Of a DNA stretch of 64,000 bases, positions 60,801 through 64,000 are shown piece after piece. The DNA is taken from positions 1,054,001 to 1,118,000 of the forward strand of contig JAYWIR010000046.1 of NCBI GenBank assembly GCA_036172245.1, read 5' to 3'. The DNA comes from Raillietiella orientalis (lineage: Eukaryota). Every line of letters starts with the position of its first letter. The first letter of the stretch is position 1. The translations under genes were made by a program, and so were the position numbers. A model generated the notes under the pieces. The model made no database searches. It was not told the DNA's origin and was given only the letters and a program-made list of their open reading frames with translations.

Positions 60801-61900
60801 TCCATCCACGAGGTCACTGCATACCTACACCAATTTCTTTTGCAAGAGATTGGGGGTAACGGCGAGACCCACAAAAAAACCGCACTAAGCGGTTTTCTCT
60901 ATTTGGAGTGTTGGAGTGTTCTCGGACGATGCACGATCCAACTGTGTTTCATTAGCGAGTGAGGACACGCTTGCCTGGGCTGCGTAATACGCACTCGAGG
61001 AGATAGATGGAGACCTGACGTTTGCTTCGGAACGTGAGTGTCCGTCATTTGTCGACCGTGAGTCAGTGACATCTTTCGTGGTATATGAGTTTGTTGGATG
61101 AATTCGAAAATCTCGATCGGTGAATCCCTGCTGATCTCTGGGAAACGGAACAGCGGCTCCGAATCGTGAAGCTTACGCAGCGCGCTTTGAGGGCAACTTG
61201 GTCAACGGGTGGATCTTGCACCCTGGCGGCATATTTTTCCGCTTGGTTTTTGGCTTGCATCACACTGAGCTTCCAGTAACTGCAGCGCCGTTCATCTCCA
61301 ATCGATTCAGATGACCGCGAAACCGGAAATGATCTTAAGAAATTCCCCCAAATCTTGAGACCTTTCCTCTGGAGGAATAACCTCGTTATGGTAACGGCTC
61401 GTTTCTAGACTATCGATGTGTTGCTTGCCTGTGAGCTGTCCAGGTGCACAAGAAGAAATAAGTCTATGCGAAGGCGTCCTGAAGAAACGTGCAGGCTCAC
61501 GCGTTTTCAGGCGTGTTTTCAGGGCTGTGCATAATGAGGACGATCGTGTTCCTGGTGGCGTCGTTGTGGGATGTATAAGCCTCGCGGAACTTCCATACAG
61601 TTTTGCATGTCAAAACCAACATACTTCAAAGAAGTACGTCAAAACGTCCGCCATCGCATACCGATGTTTGAAAACACCCGTATGCAATGGCGGATGTTTT
61701 GTTTCCTGGTTGTCCCTCCAAAATGCTTTTCGTGTCAGCGGTCATCATGTCGTGTATTTTCCGACATTCAGAAAGCGGGAATGCAAAAACAACTTTCTCC
61801 AGAGAAATGAGTTCTTGCGCCGTTGTCATTTGCATTAGGGATCGAGAGAGCTTGCTTCCTCTGACGGGAGTGCGTGCGTGGGGAAGGGTCAAGCGCTCCC
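57849..61900 (-). other. Unclassified moderately GC-rich block with fragmentary minus-strand reading frames (decayed element or orphan gene)
   Basis: Composition differs from the AT-rich flanks and continues at 54387-54735 on the other side of the LINE. ORFs 60597-60193 and 60192-59782 are in one frame, split by a single TGA. No recognisable domain. Confidence 0.3.
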
Positions 61901-62400
61901 ATATTAGAAATTGCTTGTATTATGCTTGTTCTCATTTAGCTTGTTACAACAATATTCCCATTAATGGTCACTATATATGTTAAAATAAATTTGTATATTA
62001 ATGTATGTACAAATAAACTGCTATTATATATAATAAGCTTGCATATTTATTTTCCATTATGTTTATAATATTTATTAGTCTACATACATTTATTAATGTA
62101 TAATAAGTATGTGTATGTGTAAATGTATAATATTTATTGATTATAATCTTTGTAATACATATTGATCCGTATATTAATCTTTATATAAATATATACATAT
62201 ATGAGTGCATATAATAAGCACATGTATTTATTTTTTTATAATATTCCGTATACATGCCGATAATATGATCAACAACTTATGAATTATATTAATAAAATAT
62301 ATGTCAATAAATATATACGTTCAAGTAATAATACTGTCAATAATGTGCATGTTAATAAATATGAAGAACTATACACATTGAAAAAATTGCATATTAATCT
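61900..62400. repeat. AT-rich low-complexity tract (TA/TATG/CATA-like)
   Basis: Nearly G/C-free degenerate microsatellite-like sequence. Confidence 0.7.
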
Positions 62401-64000
62401 ATGTAGAATAATATCCACATACTACATCTTATGGTCTTTCGGGATTTCGATCGTTCGCAGTTGTGAACCAAACCCTCTGGAGAAAGGAGGTCTAGCCGTA
62501 CCAGATGAGTCGTATCTTGATTATTTCTTTGGATTCCCCTGCTTCTCAGGACAACGGTCTCTCCGTGCATTCTTATCACAACACGCTTCAAGCGTTACCT
62601 GATCCAATGATAACGCAGGTGTCGTACTCGAACGGCTTCCTACCAAGTTAGACTTTCTGTCTTTGAGGATTTCTCAAAGTCCATGAGCCCTACCGCGACT
62701 TTCTCTCTTCGCAGCTTCAGTAAGGCATCTGAGAAGTAGTTGCATGCCTAAGGATGGGAAAGTTTGCTCAAAGGAAGCCGTTTGGCTGATTGACAGATTC
62801 AGAGGAAGTTTTTTGGGGCAGATGATACATATGCTCTCAATGCATTCGGGATTAAGATCTTCAAATGATCTACTCTGACACAACTTTTGATCCTAACAAG
62901 GATCGCATTCATATGTCCAAGGACAGCGTCTTTTAATTCATCACAGAAGCTTTTGAAACCAGAGTTTTAGGAAGTACGAAACAAAATTCGAATAAAATTC
63001 GTGTCAGCGGACATTCCATTCACTAGTCTACTTTAAAGTATCATACTGCTTCTGTGCCCTCTATCAGCACTCTCAATTTATACTGCATACATCGTAATTA
63101 ACAACGGTAGATCCATTTAGCATTTCAATGGTTTCTTGTCCACGTATAAACGCAGTTTAGGTCAATCAGTCGAGCACGTATTGCACGAAATATTCCCATA
63201 CTTACTGACACATTTCAAGGTAGCTGCACTGATTGGCAAGTCTACTATCAGGTTAAGTAGGAAGAATTTAACTCATTTTGGGTACTGAATACGAAGATAC
63301 TCCAAACTCTTGAAGCTCATCGATGAAATGGAGCCACTGACCTAAGATCGAGAGGCAAAGACGTATCTAGACTGAATGTCTGTTCTCTCATCAGATCACA
63401 TTCAACTAATCTTTTGAAGCTATCAGAAAAAATCGGTTTTCCAGCAACAGTGTGAGACATACATCCTCATCAAGTGCCGCTAACAGCAACGGTCCCTTTC
63501 CAACCAAAATTATGTGTTCAGAGTCTGGATTCTTCTGGTTCAGAAGTCTGGTTCAGAGAGTTCTGAATTCGTCTTCACTTGAATCTTTGAGTTCAAGATT
63601 GCAAGCACTCGCGTGACCATGTCCTCAAAGAAAAATTCGCAAGTACCTCTCATCAACCTCCAGAAAAAAGGGCGACATGCACTACTCTTAGGGTGGGCTC
63701 AATGATCTTACAATTGTGGTTGCGTTTAATTTGGATCCCGAGTTGACCATTGTGTGAATGGTCCACGTTTGTCCTCCAAGTGATACCTGAGTATTGAGTT
63801 TACTTTTTTGATGTTCATAAACATAAAGACAAAATTATCTTTAATGTATTGGTATGCAACCTTAAGGTAAGTGGGCTTCAAGGTGATGCTCTGAAGTGTC
63901 CATTTAGCATTTCGGTGACAAAGACGTCATGGAAACCAAGCATCTCGGTCGAGCAACAGTTTCACCTACTTAGTCTTGAAAAGCTCGTCGAGGATTTATT

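Noticed and set aside
60876..60896. Hairpin AAAACCGC-actaa-GCGGTTTT resembling a bacterial intrinsic terminator
   Set aside because: Eukaryotic context, short stem and no bacterial-type gene nearby.
1..64000. CRISPR arrays, rRNA or prokaryotic/phage systems
   Set aside because: No regularly spaced repeats or rRNA motifs; all recognisable protein-coding host genes are spliceosomal-intron animal genes.

Overview
Eukaryotic (very probably pancrustacean arthropod) genomic DNA with many tiny introns (about 40-70 nt). The window has two compositional halves: a very GC- and CpG-rich block (1 to about 23.7 kb) and an AT-rich block (about 27-54 kb). One classical cadherin gene (DE-cadherin/shotgun-like, 28 exons, about 1569 aa, + strand, 8497-30782) crosses the boundary. 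Downstream lies a tightly packed housekeeping cluster: mitoferrin (-), tRNA-Lys(TTT) (-), Thg1 (+), V-ATPase V0 subunit d (-), COG4 (-), TRNAU1AP/SECp43 (+) and USP14 (-). A 5'-truncated, decayed L1/Tx1-type LINE (54749-57835) has a 13-bp target-site duplication, and a second 3' fragment of the same family sits just downstream of the tRNA. The most unusual observation is that the V-ATPase d coding sequence begins at a splice acceptor 49 nt after the COG4 stop codon on the same strand, with no separate promoter space and no start codon outside COG4 coding sequence. This suggests a dicistronic/trans-spliced unit, a shared first exon or overlapping genes. All gene models were built by hand from splice signals, phase continuity and remembered family motifs; no database search was run.
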